Shown piece by piece: positions 1-9,410 of a DNA stretch of 64,000 bases. The first letter of the stretch is position 1, and each line of letters opens with the position of its first letter. The notes below the pieces were generated by a model, which was not told the origin of the DNA, searched no databases, and was given only the letters and a program-made list of their open reading frames with translations. Where the stretch lies: assembly GCA_951812625.1 (NCBI GenBank), contig CATOSP010000003.1, forward strand, positions 245,335 through 309,334, written 5' to 3'. A program made the translations under genes and the position numbers. This DNA comes from an uncultured Dehalococcoidia bacterium (GTDB lineage Bacteria; Chloroflexota; Dehalococcoidia; Lucifugimonadales; UBA3495).

Positions 1-97
1 CGGGGCCAATATCACCCAGTTGAACGCCAACCAGCGCATAACCAGCTATTGCCGTCACTGCCAGCCGGGGATGCTGGTCAGGAACTGAGACCTGCGG

Positions 98-595
98 TTA
101 CGGCCCGGAGCACTCCCCCAGGGGAATGGTCTCGTGGGTGCGGTCCTGGAACCGCTCGATGGACACTATCAGGTCGATGTCCGTCGAGCCCACGTCGAAC
201 TTGTCCGTGGACATGGTGCGGCTGCCGGACTCCTTGTCGGTTACGGTCAGGTCACCGGCGGCCCCGGCCTGCTTGTAGATGGTCCCGGAACTGTTCTGGA
301 GCCTGTAGGTGACGAAAAGAAGCTCGCCGGATGCGTTGTCCAGCGTGAACGTCACGTTCAACTCCGGGTCTCCCCCGCCGTCGGGCTGGGTCCACGCGCA
401 CTCGTCGATGGCGATGTCCACCCCTTCCAACTCCCTCCCGATGCCGAACGCAGTCTGCCCCGCTCCCGTCGGGTTGTCCGACGTAGGGGTTGGCGTGGGA
501 GACTCCTCAGCGGGCGTAGTTGCGGCAACTCCGCCGCAGGCTGCCAGGAGCATTATGACCGCGACTGAGGTGAGGAGATGAAACAGGGGTCGCAT
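98..595 (-). CDS. Hypothetical lipoprotein, possibly Ig-like fold
   Basis: Signal peptide with lipobox LAAC, Pro/Thr linker, then a beta-rich domain. Confidence 0.7.
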   Translation of the reverse strand: MRPLFHLLTSVAVIMLLAACGGVAATTPAEESPTPTPTSDNPTGAGQTAFGIGRELEGVDIAIDECAWTQPDGGGDPELNVTFTLDNASGELLFVTYRLQNSSGTIYKQAGAAGDLTVTDKESGSRTMSTDKFDVGSTDIDLIVSIERFQDRTHETIPLGECSGP

Positions 596-684
596 ACGCT
601 AACGCTCACACCGGGAATATACCAACACAGTATTGTGAATGGACGTGGCTGGACCTTGAGAGGGGGAAGGGGACCGGAGGGGAT

Positions 685-759
685 TGGAGCGGAAGATGGG
701 ATTCGAACCCACGACCCTCTCCTTGGCAAGGAGATGCTCTACCACTGAGCCACTTCCGC
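685..759 (-). tRNA. tRNA-Gly(GCC)
   Basis: Reverse complement GCGGAAG...CTTCCGC-TCCA; D arm GCTCAGTGGTAGAGC; anticodon arm TCTCC-TTGCCAA-GGAGA; T loop GGTTCGAATCC; encoded CCA. Confidence 0.98.
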
Positions 760-841
760 TCGCACAAGAGTATTGTCCCTTACATTATACACTCGAACCG
801 GGAGCCTGTGCTAGTGGATTTTCCACAATGAGAATGGTGCA

Positions 842-1072
842 TTATGCCACCCTCCAGTAATACATGCGCTGGTATCCGGGGATGCATCTTGTAGAGACGG
901 CTTCCTGCTTCTTTAGAGACTGTTGGGCATTATGAACATCATGCTCCCAATCCCCTTGGCACCAGTCGGGGATGTGAGTCTGTACCAAGGGCAATATCGC
1001 ATTCGTGGATAATTCTCCGTTGCTAGCCAAAACGTGCAGAACTGCATCAGCGAATACCTGATTCCTTGTCAT
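842..1072 (-). CDS. Small hypothetical protein, possible winged helix
   Basis: 76 aa; strong SD (AGGAGGAG) just upstream; helix-rich with a C-terminal YYW hairpin; AT-richer than flanks. Confidence 0.55.
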   Translation of the reverse strand: MTRNQVFADAVLHVLASNGELSTNAILPLVQTHIPDWCQGDWEHDVHNAQQSLKKQEAVSTRCIPGYQRMYYWRVA

Positions 1073-1202
1073 TACTCCTCCTTCTTTGAGTGAATAGTTG
1101 TGTCTGCGTAACGGATGGCCAGACTTGCGGCAATCTCATCGGCCGATGATCTGATGAACTCACAAAACCTTCCAGTACGATCGTCCTCATCCCACAGGAC
1201 AC

Positions 1203-1236
1203 AAAAAGACCCGCCGGATATAATACGACGGGTCTT
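1203..1236 (-). terminator. Intrinsic terminator-like hairpin
   Basis: AAGACCCG (1206-1213) / CGGGTCTT (1229-1236), followed by a U-tract on the minus strand. Confidence 0.55.
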
Positions 1237-1569
1237 GACCCGAGTGCCTTGGGACCCTTCTATTTCTCTAGAGATCGTGCTCGGAGCTTAAGGGTCCACC
1301 CTAGCCAATTAAACTATCAGGGCTGGCTCTTGGGTATTCTGTTTCATGCATCATGACACACCGGAGGGGCTCTATGTGTCAAATGCTGGCTATGTGCCAC
1401 GATGTTGAGGAATAACACGTTGATCCTATGACTTCCTCCAAGCAACGTAGTGCAATGGTAGCTAAACCCCGGGAGCAATGCAAACGGTAATCCCATTCTC
1501 ACGGCGAACCTTCGACTTCCTCACTTGATGTGGCTAGGCAGAGTCTTGTACTTCCGCCCCAAAATCGGG

Positions 1570-2052
1570 TCACTGCACGTTGCGCCAGGCGTCGTAGTTC
1601 TCCTGCATATAGTTCAGATGCTCGGGGATGTGGGCCTCGTATACATCGAGCCAGTCGTCCAGCGTCATGTCCCCGTTTTCGGGGTGGTAGCAGGTGTTGG
1701 CCCAGGCTGCATCCGGCAATGACTTGATCAGGATGTAGCTCTGTTGGCGCAGCAACCGGAACAGTTCCAGGGCGTCGTCGGGACTCCGGTCGGCGTAGCC
1801 CAGCGCAGTTGCCCAGACGTTTTCGTCGTAGGCCATTAGCGGTTCGCCCGGTTCCGCTATGAAGCGGCGGCACCGGATGTAGCTGTTGATCTCGCTGTCG
1901 GTGATGTGGACGACGTGCTCCCGGATGCTCCAGCAGCCGTGTTCGTCGCGGAAGTCCCACATTTCCCGTGGGAAGTTGGCAAGGCCGGCGATGAGAGTCT
2001 CGTAAGCCTTGCCGTAGGACTCAATTTTTCGGGCGCGGGTTTCAGGTGTCAT
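1570..2052 (-). CDS. DinB/YfiT-family protein (thiol S-transferase-like)
   Basis: WSIREHVVH motif near the N-terminus and C-terminal H-x3-H (HIPEH). Confidence 0.85.
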   Translation of the reverse strand: MTPETRARKIESYGKAYETLIAGLANFPREMWDFRDEHGCWSIREHVVHITDSEINSYIRCRRFIAEPGEPLMAYDENVWATALGYADRSPDDALELFRLLRQQSYILIKSLPDAAWANTCYHPENGDMTLDDWLDVYEAHIPEHLNYMQENYDAWRNVQ

Positions 2053-2073
2053 GCTGACTAATGCCGACGGGGG

Positions 2074-2949
2074 CTAGTCCTCCTCTACCGTTGCGATCGC
2101 GATGCCCTGCTCTCCGGCCACGGAGTACAGCAGGTAGGTGTTGCCGTTCTCCTGGTAGATGCCGGGGTCCCTGAGCTGGCGCACCCTTTCCAGGATCGCG
2201 CCGCGTGCTGAAGGCGCTGGTTGCAGGTCTGCGCCCTCGTACTCGGTCTCCGGCTCCAGCACCGGGACTGGGTCTGAGGCTTTCCACTGCGACCAGTCGC
2301 CGCCGATGTCGATGGTGGAGAGGAATATCCGCTCCGGTGAGTCAGCCGCATTGGTGTAGAAGACCTTCAGGATATTGCCACGGGTCCCTGAGCTATCCAT
2401 GGCCAGGGCCGTGTGGCGCATGTTGTCCCTGAACAGGGTCGGCCCCTGCTCGAAGCCGGTCAGGCCGTCCTTCGAGCGGTAGAACACGCCCGGCATCCCG
2501 ACGGCATAGTGGTAGCCCTGCCACTGGAACACCCGAAAATAGGGCTGGCCCAGGTCTTCCGGTGACGCCTCGAAGCTAAGCCCGTCACGCGATACCGCCA
2601 CCTTGGTCTTCTGGACCCGGTCGGCAACCCAGCCGTGGTAGTACATGCGGATTTCCCGCCGCTCATCGTCCACGTGAACGTCGGGAGACGCTACGTGGTT
2701 GTAGCAATGGGACTGCTCGATCTGGAGCGTTCCGGGTTCGTAGACTTTCCAGGGTCCTTCCAGCCGATCGGAATAGGCCAGCCTTATGAAGGAGCCGATG
2801 TGGTGGGCGAAGTAAAGGTAATACTTGCCCAGCCGGTCCGGCAGCCAGTCCGGAGCCTCAATCAGCGACGGCCCGTTGATGTTGCCGTCCAGCGTCTCGC
2901 TCAGTCCAAGGTGGATGATGGGGTTGCAGTCAAATCGTTTGACCTTCAT
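2074..2949 (-). CDS. Beta-propeller glycoside hydrolase-like protein (GH43/32/130 clan-like)
   Basis: Repeated blade motifs NGPSLI, YYLYFAHH, VASPDV, LRDPGI. Confidence 0.65.
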   Translation of the reverse strand: MKVKRFDCNPIIHLGLSETLDGNINGPSLIEAPDWLPDRLGKYYLYFAHHIGSFIRLAYSDRLEGPWKVYEPGTLQIEQSHCYNHVASPDVHVDDERREIRMYYHGWVADRVQKTKVAVSRDGLSFEASPEDLGQPYFRVFQWQGYHYAVGMPGVFYRSKDGLTGFEQGPTLFRDNMRHTALAMDSSGTRGNILKVFYTNAADSPERIFLSTIDIGGDWSQWKASDPVPVLEPETEYEGADLQPAPSARGAILERVRQLRDPGIYQENGNTYLLYSVAGEQGIAIATVEED

Positions 2950-3132
2950 GGTTGTCTCCTCTGCACATTGTCACCGCAATGAGTGTTCCAGTCGATGCTA
3001 AACTCAGGTTCAGATACTACGGGGCAGGAACAGAATTGTCCACAAATGAAGCTTGGGAGGCAGGAGTTGACGGGTGCAACGCCAGCCGGGATACTGGCGA
3101 TGTTGTGACACCTTCAGGAGGAGGATACTAAC

Positions 3133-3999
3133 ATGCAGCTAGGCGCTATTTTCCCGCAGACGGAAATCGGTGCTGACCCCGGCGGGGTCCGTGACTTTGC
3201 CCAGGCCGCCGAAGCTATGGGCTACGAGGACATGCCGGTGTTCGACCACGTTCTTGGGGCCGACGCCAGCAAGCACCCCAACTGGGAGCGGCCCTACCGC
3301 TCCACGGATATGTTCCATGAGCCGTTCGTGCTGTTCGGCTACCTGGCCGCAGTCACGGAGAAGATCCAGATGACCACCGAAGTCCTGATTCTTGGGCAGC
3401 GGCAGACCGCCCTGGTGGCCAAGCAGGCGGCGGAGGCGGACCTGCTCACCGGGGGACGTCTGCGCCTGGGCATCGGCATCGGCTGGAACCACGTGGAGTA
3501 TGAGGCCCTGGGAGAAGACTTTTCCAACCGGGGCGCGCGCAGCGTTGAGCAGATACGGCTGCTCCGCGAGCTATGGACCAACGAGGTGGTCAACTTCGAG
3601 GGACGTTACCACCGGGTCACCCACGCGGGCATCAACCCCCTGCCGGTGCAGCGGCCCATTCCCATCTGGTTCGGAGGCGGCCACGAGCGGGTCATCCGCC
3701 GCATCGGGCGCATGGGCGACGGCTGGTTTCCCCAGTTCCAGCCCGACAGCGAGGGCCAGGAGAAGATCGCCCTGATGCGCCAGTACGCCGAGGCTGCGGG
3801 CCGGGACCCGATGTCCATCGGTATCGAGGGCCGCATAAGCATCAACAGCGGCGACGCCGACTCCTGGAGCAAAGCCGCGGCAGCCTGGGAGGAGATCGGC
3901 GCAACCCACCTGTCGGTGAACACCATGCGGGCCGGGCTGGAAGGCCCAGACCAGCACATCGACGCCATCCGCCGGTTCAAGGACGCGGTCTCGGGCTAG
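3133..3999 (+). CDS. LLM-class F420-dependent oxidoreductase
   Basis: FDHV, EPFVLFGYLAA, GRLRLGIGIGW, PIPIWFGG and DGW motifs; SD GGAGGAGG. Confidence 0.92.
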   Translation: MQLGAIFPQTEIGADPGGVRDFAQAAEAMGYEDMPVFDHVLGADASKHPNWERPYRSTDMFHEPFVLFGYLAAVTEKIQMTTEVLILGQRQTALVAKQAAEADLLTGGRLRLGIGIGWNHVEYEALGEDFSNRGARSVEQIRLLRELWTNEVVNFEGRYHRVTHAGINPLPVQRPIPIWFGGGHERVIRRIGRMGDGWFPQFQPDSEGQEKIALMRQYAEAAGRDPMSIGIEGRISINSGDADSWSKAAAAWEEIGATHLSVNTMRAGLEGPDQHIDAIRRFKDAVSG

Positions 4000-4071
4000 A
4001 GTCTCAGACACCGCTTCTTTTGCGAGAAAGAGGTCAGGGGATTCTCGTAGAGGAGATAAGCGGTATTGAGT

Positions 4072-5268
4072 TCAGGCGGGGAATAGCTGGTGTATCCGGT
4101 CGAGGATGCACTGGCTGACCTCGTACTTGGTCATTACCGGCAGGTCCTCGACCTTCAGGTCTCCGTCGATAAACGTGACCTTATTGGTGTCCACGCCGAA
4201 ACCGGCCTGGGGGTCGGTCAGGTCATTGGCCACTATCAGGTCCAGGCCCTTCCGTGTCACCTTGTCCCGCGCGTTGGGAATAAGGTCCTGGGTCTCGGCG
4301 GCGAACCCCACCTTGACGAAGTTGCCCCTGGCCGCCTCGAGAATGTCCGTCGTCTTGGCCAACTCGATGGTAAGGTCGTCGGCGGACTTCTTTATCTTCT
4401 GCTCGGCTTCGGAGGCCGGGCGGTAGTCGGCAACGGCAGCAGCCATTATCAGCGCGTCTGCGGTCTTCACCTGCCGCAGCACCTCGTCGCACATGTCCTG
4501 AGCTGACCGCACGCGCACCACGTTCACCAGCGCCGGATCGGGAAGGCTGGTGGATGCCGCGACCAGCACCACCTCTGCGCCACGGTCGCGCGCGGCCTCG
4601 GCGATGGCATAGCCCATCTTCCCCGACGAGTGGTTGGTGATCACCCGCACCGGGTCTATGGCCTCCATGGTGCCACCGGCGCTGACAACCACCTTGCGGC
4701 CCTTGAAGTCGGCGTCCTTGCCCATGGTGTAGGAGATGTAGCCCAACAGGTCCGGCGTCTCCAGCAAGCGGCCCATGCCCATCAGGCCCGATGCCAGCCG
4801 TCCAGGCGCGGGACCCGCGATCACCATGCCCCGGCGCTTCAGGGTGTCCACGTTTTCCTGGGTCGCCGGGTTATCGAACATGTTGGCATCCATCGCCGGA
4901 GCGACCATGACGGGCGCGGTGGTGGCGATGATCGTTGTCGTCAGCGGGTCGTCAGCCAGACCCTGGGCCAGCTTGGCGATGCAGTGGGCCGTGGCCGGGG
5001 CGATTACCACCACGTCGGCTTGGTGGGCCAGCGCAACGTGCTCGATGCTGTACTCGGAGTTGGAGTCGTAGGTGTCGGTGACAACGGCCCGGTGAGTAAT
5101 GCTGCGGAAAGCCAGCGGCGTGACAAACTGGGTTGCCCCGTAGCTCATTATGGTGTCCACCAGCGCCCCAGCCTGGGTCAGCTTGCTGGCCAGGTCAATT
5201 GCCTTGTAGCAGGCGATGCTGCCGGTGACGCCAAGGACGATGTGCTTGCCTTCAAGTGGGCCGGGCAT
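4072..5268 (-). CDS. coaBC: Phosphopantothenoylcysteine decarboxylase/ligase
   Basis: GVTGSIACYK, APAM, GGTMEAIDPVR, SSGKMG, AAVADY, GFAAET. Confidence 0.97.
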   Translation of the reverse strand: MPGPLEGKHIVLGVTGSIACYKAIDLASKLTQAGALVDTIMSYGATQFVTPLAFRSITHRAVVTDTYDSNSEYSIEHVALAHQADVVVIAPATAHCIAKLAQGLADDPLTTTIIATTAPVMVAPAMDANMFDNPATQENVDTLKRRGMVIAGPAPGRLASGLMGMGRLLETPDLLGYISYTMGKDADFKGRKVVVSAGGTMEAIDPVRVITNHSSGKMGYAIAEAARDRGAEVVLVAASTSLPDPALVNVVRVRSAQDMCDEVLRQVKTADALIMAAAVADYRPASEAEQKIKKSADDLTIELAKTTDILEAARGNFVKVGFAAETQDLIPNARDKVTRKGLDLIVANDLTDPQAGFGVDTNKVTFIDGDLKVEDLPVMTKYEVSQCILDRIHQLFPA

Positions 5269-5277
5269 CTTGTTCTC

Positions 5278-6084
5278 CTACTCGGTCCTGGCTGCCTGCG
5301 ATGTGGACGAGCCGGTACGGTCCTGGTTCATGTTGTAGATCAACCGCAGGCCGACCAGGGTCAGGTCTGGGTTGATGGCGTGGAACACGTCGGTCTCCCT
5401 GGCGACGACGCTGATGGAGCCGCCGGTGCCGATAACGCGGGCGTCCTGCCCCAACTCCTGCTTGAACCGCTCCACCATGCCGGTGACCAGGCCCGCGTAG
5501 CCAAGTACGAGGCCAGACTGCAAGGCTGTGGTTGTGTTCTGTCCAATCGCCTTGGCCGGCGCGACCAGTTCCACCCGCCGGAGTTGGGAGGTGTTCAGGA
5601 ACAGGGCGTCGGCGGCCAGGCTGATTCCCGGCGCGATGGCCCCGCCGAGGTACTCGCCGTCCCGGTTCACGGCGTCGAACACGGTGGCGGTGCCGATGTC
5701 CACCACGATGGCAGGCGCGCCGTACAGTTCGATGGCGGCCACGGCGTCGACAATCCTGTCCGCGCCCACGTCCCGGGGACTGTCGTACAGGATGCGCAGG
5801 CCTGTCCGGGTGCCGACAGACACCATCACGGGACTGACGTTGAAGAAGGACTTGCAGACGTCCTCGAAGACCACCGTCAACGGAGGCACTACGCTGCAAA
5901 TGCAGGCGGCGTCGACCTCATCAGGCTCGATCTCCTTCAGGCGGAGCAGGTTGGTGAGCAGCACTCCGTACTCGTCCGCGAGGCGGCGGGCGTCGGTGGC
6001 CACGCGGAGAGTGGTGTTCAGCCGGTCGCCGTCGAACACTCCCAGCGTCACCGCAGTGTTGCCGATGTCGATGCAAAGTAGCAT
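5278..6084 (-). CDS. coaX: Type III pantothenate kinase
   Basis: IDIGNT, VGADR, VDIGTATVFD, GGAIAPG, TGG; adjacent to coaBC. Confidence 0.96.
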   Translation of the reverse strand: MLLCIDIGNTAVTLGVFDGDRLNTTLRVATDARRLADEYGVLLTNLLRLKEIEPDEVDAACICSVVPPLTVVFEDVCKSFFNVSPVMVSVGTRTGLRILYDSPRDVGADRIVDAVAAIELYGAPAIVVDIGTATVFDAVNRDGEYLGGAIAPGISLAADALFLNTSQLRRVELVAPAKAIGQNTTTALQSGLVLGYAGLVTGMVERFKQELGQDARVIGTGGSISVVARETDVFHAINPDLTLVGLRLIYNMNQDRTGSSTSQAARTE

Positions 6085-6096
6085 GGTACGGACCGG

Positions 6097-6858
6097 CTAG
6101 GGCTCCAGGTCCCGTCGGCGCAGCTCTTCCCGAAGCTGCCGCAACTCGGCCTCGACCGCCCCCCGCGCCGCGCGTTCCCGTTCAAGCGCAGCGCGTTCCT
6201 GTTCAAGAGCCTCTTCCAACTGTACGACGTTTCTGAGATATGCCTGGGTGGCGGGATCGTAGAGATACATCATGCGATTGTCCCAGCACAGGTGCAATCC
6301 CAGGGTTGGACTGTAGCCCTTGAGCACGCCGTCGGGTTCGGTAGTCAAGTCAAATGGTTGGTAGACGCCGTTGACCAAACGCTCGCCAACCAGCGGATCT
6401 CCATAGATGTCTCCGCCGGTGGGGTCGAACCGCCAATACTCGGGGATGCCCATCTGGGCGTAGATGAGGCGTTTTCCCGACACGTCACGATGCCCCGTGC
6501 TGGGCGATGCCACCTCCAGCGCCCAGTCAGGTGGTTTGCCAACTTCCCAGGGTAAGTAGAGGTGCCGGTCCCTGATGGCCCGGGCATCGACGCCGAATGC
6601 TATGTAGCAGTCAGGAGATACACGCACGTTGAGGTCGCGGCGGTCGTAACAGATGATGGTGTTGGCGCTGAGAAATACGTCCGGGCGTTCCCCGAGATTG
6701 GTGAAACGCCCGCTCAATATGTGAACGACTTCCTGGAGGGGAAGTTCTTGGATCATAGCGTCGGGCGGGACATGGAATGTGAAAGGGTCGAAGCTGAGGC
6801 TTTCGTAGTCGATGTCCCCCTGCCGGTTGTACGGCAGCATCCTGGGCTTGGTGGTCAT
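6097..6858 (-). CDS. Uma2-family (PD-(D/E)XK) endonuclease-like protein
   Basis: SPD, PPDWALEVASPST, K..Y...GIPEYWRFDP; C-terminal coiled coil. Confidence 0.9.
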   Translation of the reverse strand: MTTKPRMLPYNRQGDIDYESLSFDPFTFHVPPDAMIQELPLQEVVHILSGRFTNLGERPDVFLSANTIICYDRRDLNVRVSPDCYIAFGVDARAIRDRHLYLPWEVGKPPDWALEVASPSTGHRDVSGKRLIYAQMGIPEYWRFDPTGGDIYGDPLVGERLVNGVYQPFDLTTEPDGVLKGYSPTLGLHLCWDNRMMYLYDPATQAYLRNVVQLEEALEQERAALERERAARGAVEAELRQLREELRRRDLEP

Positions 6859-6950
6859 TGCGGGCCTCTCAGACGCGGGGAGATGTCCAAGGCTGATGAT
6901 AGCACACTCCCGCGCAGCCCTGCGAGACAGAGAGTTGGCCTTGGAGAAAC

Positions 6951-6983
6951 AAAAGACCGGCCCCGAACAATTCGGGGCCGGTC
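6951..6983 (-). terminator. Intrinsic terminator after the NHL gene
   Basis: 13-bp stem GACCGGCCCCGAA/TTCGGGGCCGGTC with a U-tract on the minus strand. Confidence 0.8.
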
Positions 6984-7013
6984 GCGCCAGGACTGTGTTT
7001 GCCGAAAGCAGAC

Positions 7014-8042
7014 CTAGAGGTTGAACTGGGGGTCCTGGTAATTCATGTCCTTCTCGTAGATCTGCAGCCGGTTGCGCTGGGTGTCGCAGACGATCAGGCG
7101 GTTGGCATCCTGGTCGAAAGCGCAGGCTACCGGCATCCGGAAGGGGCGCTGCTGGTCCTCCAGGTCATAGACCTGGCGGCGGCGGCGCTGCATGTCCGGG
7201 TTGGCCTCAATGGACTTCATCGCCCAGGGCGATACGTCGACCGCGTCACCCTTGAGGTAGGTCAAGGGGTTGCCATCCTGGTTGTAGATGACCACGCGCT
7301 CGTTCATCCAGTCCACGACATAGACGTCGCCCTCGCCGTCCACGGCCACGCCGGTCGGGTGGCGCAGGGAGCCAGGGCCCCTGCCGCCGTAACCGAAGGT
7401 GGCGAGCAGGTTGCCGCCGGTGTCGAACTTCTGGACCCGGTGGTTGTTCCAGTCGGCGATGAAAATGTCGCCGTTATTGTCGATGGTCATGCCCCAGGGC
7501 ATGTCCAGTTGTCCGGGGTCGCTGCCCTTCTCGCCGAAGCCGCTGAGGAACTTCCCCTCGGGGGAGAATTTCTGGACCCGGCTGTTGAGGCTGTTGACGA
7601 CCCAGAGGTTGCCGTCGGCATCCATGGAGACCCCGGACGGGCCGTTGAGCTGTCCTTCGCCGTCTCCCTGTTCGCCCCAGGTCCTGACAAGGCTGCCCTC
7701 GGAGTCGAAGACCGAAATGAGGTTCTTCCACTCGTCGGCGGCGTAGATATTCTCGTCCTTGTCCATCGCAATGGACGTTAGGAACGCGAAATGGGGCTCT
7801 TCGGTCGAGCCGTAGGTCGGTCCGGTCTTGCCGAACTCGGTGATGAACTCGTGGTTGACGGTTACCTTGGAAATCCGTTGGTTGGGGTTGGTGTCCGAGC
7901 CGCGGTTGGCGACGTACAGGACACCGTCCTTGGCTGGTATTACACCGACGGGGGTGCTGAATCCTTCACCTGCTGCGGACCCTCGGCCCACGTGGTGACT
8001 GTAGATCCATGCACGACCGCCGGCTACGGTTTCCAGCGCCAT
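7014..8042 (-). CDS. NHL-repeat beta-propeller protein (copy A)
   Basis: Repeated P-x-G...D..GN.yvaD..N.RVQKF blades; no signal peptide. Confidence 0.9.
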   Translation of the reverse strand: MALETVAGGRAWIYSHHVGRGSAAGEGFSTPVGVIPAKDGVLYVANRGSDTNPNQRISKVTVNHEFITEFGKTGPTYGSTEEPHFAFLTSIAMDKDENIYAADEWKNLISVFDSEGSLVRTWGEQGDGEGQLNGPSGVSMDADGNLWVVNSLNSRVQKFSPEGKFLSGFGEKGSDPGQLDMPWGMTIDNNGDIFIADWNNHRVQKFDTGGNLLATFGYGGRGPGSLRHPTGVAVDGEGDVYVVDWMNERVVIYNQDGNPLTYLKGDAVDVSPWAMKSIEANPDMQRRRRQVYDLEDQQRPFRMPVACAFDQDANRLIVCDTQRNRLQIYEKDMNYQDPQFNL

Positions 8043-8147
8043 GCTTTATCCTCCTGCTGTTGTGTGACGCTGGGGCCGGAGGCGTTGCCCTCCGGCCCGT
8101 AGGTCGTGGTCAGCGGTGGCGCGCAATCGCGCCGGTTGCTGTGCGGT

Positions 8148-9275
8148 CTAGAGGAAGCTGTGCTTCTCGAAGGAGCCGTTGACGATGGGCTTTGCGTCCA
8201 GGCCGAACCAGTCCTCGATGATGGTGGTGTAGCCGCCGCGGAAGTCGTAGTTCGGGACCAGGTCTCCCTGCTCCAGGTCCTCCGCCTTCGCCGACGGGTA
8301 CTGCCCGTACATCCCGCCCTTCACCGCGTCGCCGATGGCGAACGCCGCTCCGGCCGCGCCGTGGTCGGTACCGGAACCGTTGTCATGCACCCGCCGTCCG
8401 AACTCGGTGAACAGGTACATGATTACGTTCTCGCCGGTGCCGTGGGCGTGCAGGTCCTCGAAGAACGCCGAGATCCCCTCGGAGACGTCCTTCCACAGCG
8501 TCGGGTGCGCACCGGCCTCGCCGGCGTGGGTGTCGAAGCTGCCGTGCTGAGTGTAGAAGATCCGCGTCCCCAGATCGGCCAGGTACACCTGGGCGATGTC
8601 CTTCAGGTGGGCGGCGATGGGGCTGTTGGGATACTCAACGCTTGAGGAGTACATCTCGGGCGCGACCTTGACGATGTCCGCCCCGGTCATGGCCTCCATG
8701 CCGGTGGAGCGCAGGTAGTCGGTGACCATCCCGGAACCGACGGCCGGGGAGTACATGCGCGCGAACAGGTCCAAAGCCTTCATGCGCTGCTGGTCGTCGC
8801 TGATGCCGGTCAGCACGCCGTAGGTCTCCAGGTCGGCGATGGCGGCGACGGGGACTCCTGGGACCACCAGGGCGCGGGGCAGGCCGTGGCCGAAGTTGAT
8901 GGCCGACAGCACGTTCTCCTTGTTCGGGTCGAGCTCGCGGGCCAGGCGTCCGGCCCAGCCTTCCGTCCCGACCTTGTCCGGCTCGCAGGTGTGCCAGATG
9001 TCCATGGAGCGGAAGTGGGAGCGGGGCGAGTCGGCGTAGCCGATGCCGTGGAGGACGGCGACCTTGCCCTGGTCGTAGAGATTCTTGATGGGACCCATGG
9101 CGGGCATGAAGCCCAGCTGGTCGTCGACCTTGATGATGTCTTCCTGGCGGTACTGGACCGCGGGGCGGTTGTCGTAGTAGAGGGGTTCGTTGTAGGGGAT
9201 CACGGTGTTGAAGTAGTCGTTGCCGCCGGTCAGCTGCAACACTACGATGACAGGGTCTTTCTTGGTCGAGGTCAT
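8148..9275 (-). CDS. DUF1501-family protein (copy A)
   Basis: LTGGND, RSHFRSMDIW, FDTH, TEFGRR, GTDHG. Confidence 0.9.
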   Translation of the reverse strand: MTSTKKDPVIVVLQLTGGNDYFNTVIPYNEPLYYDNRPAVQYRQEDIIKVDDQLGFMPAMGPIKNLYDQGKVAVLHGIGYADSPRSHFRSMDIWHTCEPDKVGTEGWAGRLARELDPNKENVLSAINFGHGLPRALVVPGVPVAAIADLETYGVLTGISDDQQRMKALDLFARMYSPAVGSGMVTDYLRSTGMEAMTGADIVKVAPEMYSSSVEYPNSPIAAHLKDIAQVYLADLGTRIFYTQHGSFDTHAGEAGAHPTLWKDVSEGISAFFEDLHAHGTGENVIMYLFTEFGRRVHDNGSGTDHGAAGAAFAIGDAVKGGMYGQYPSAKAEDLEQGDLVPNYDFRGGYTTIIEDWFGLDAKPIVNGSFEKHSFL

Positions 9276-9325
9276 GTCTGTCGCGTCTCCTTATTCTGTA
9301 TGCTCCCTCGATACCGGGGGAGCTT

Positions 9326-9396
9326 GGGTGAGGGCCCTTCCGTATCTACCGGGACACGTTCCCTCACCCTGGTCCTCTCCTTAAGTAAGGGGAGAG
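9326..9396. repeat. REP-like nested inverted repeat between DUF1800 and DUF1501
   Basis: GGGTGAGGG/CCCTCACCC and CTCTCC/GGAGAG stems. Confidence 0.5.
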
Positions 9397-9410
9397 ACTA
9401 TCCGCCTAGC

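Noticed and set aside
685-759. tRNA-Gly as an integration site with an att duplication
   Set aside because: No duplicate of the tRNA 3' end or integrase noticed in the window; sequence beyond the left edge cannot be assessed
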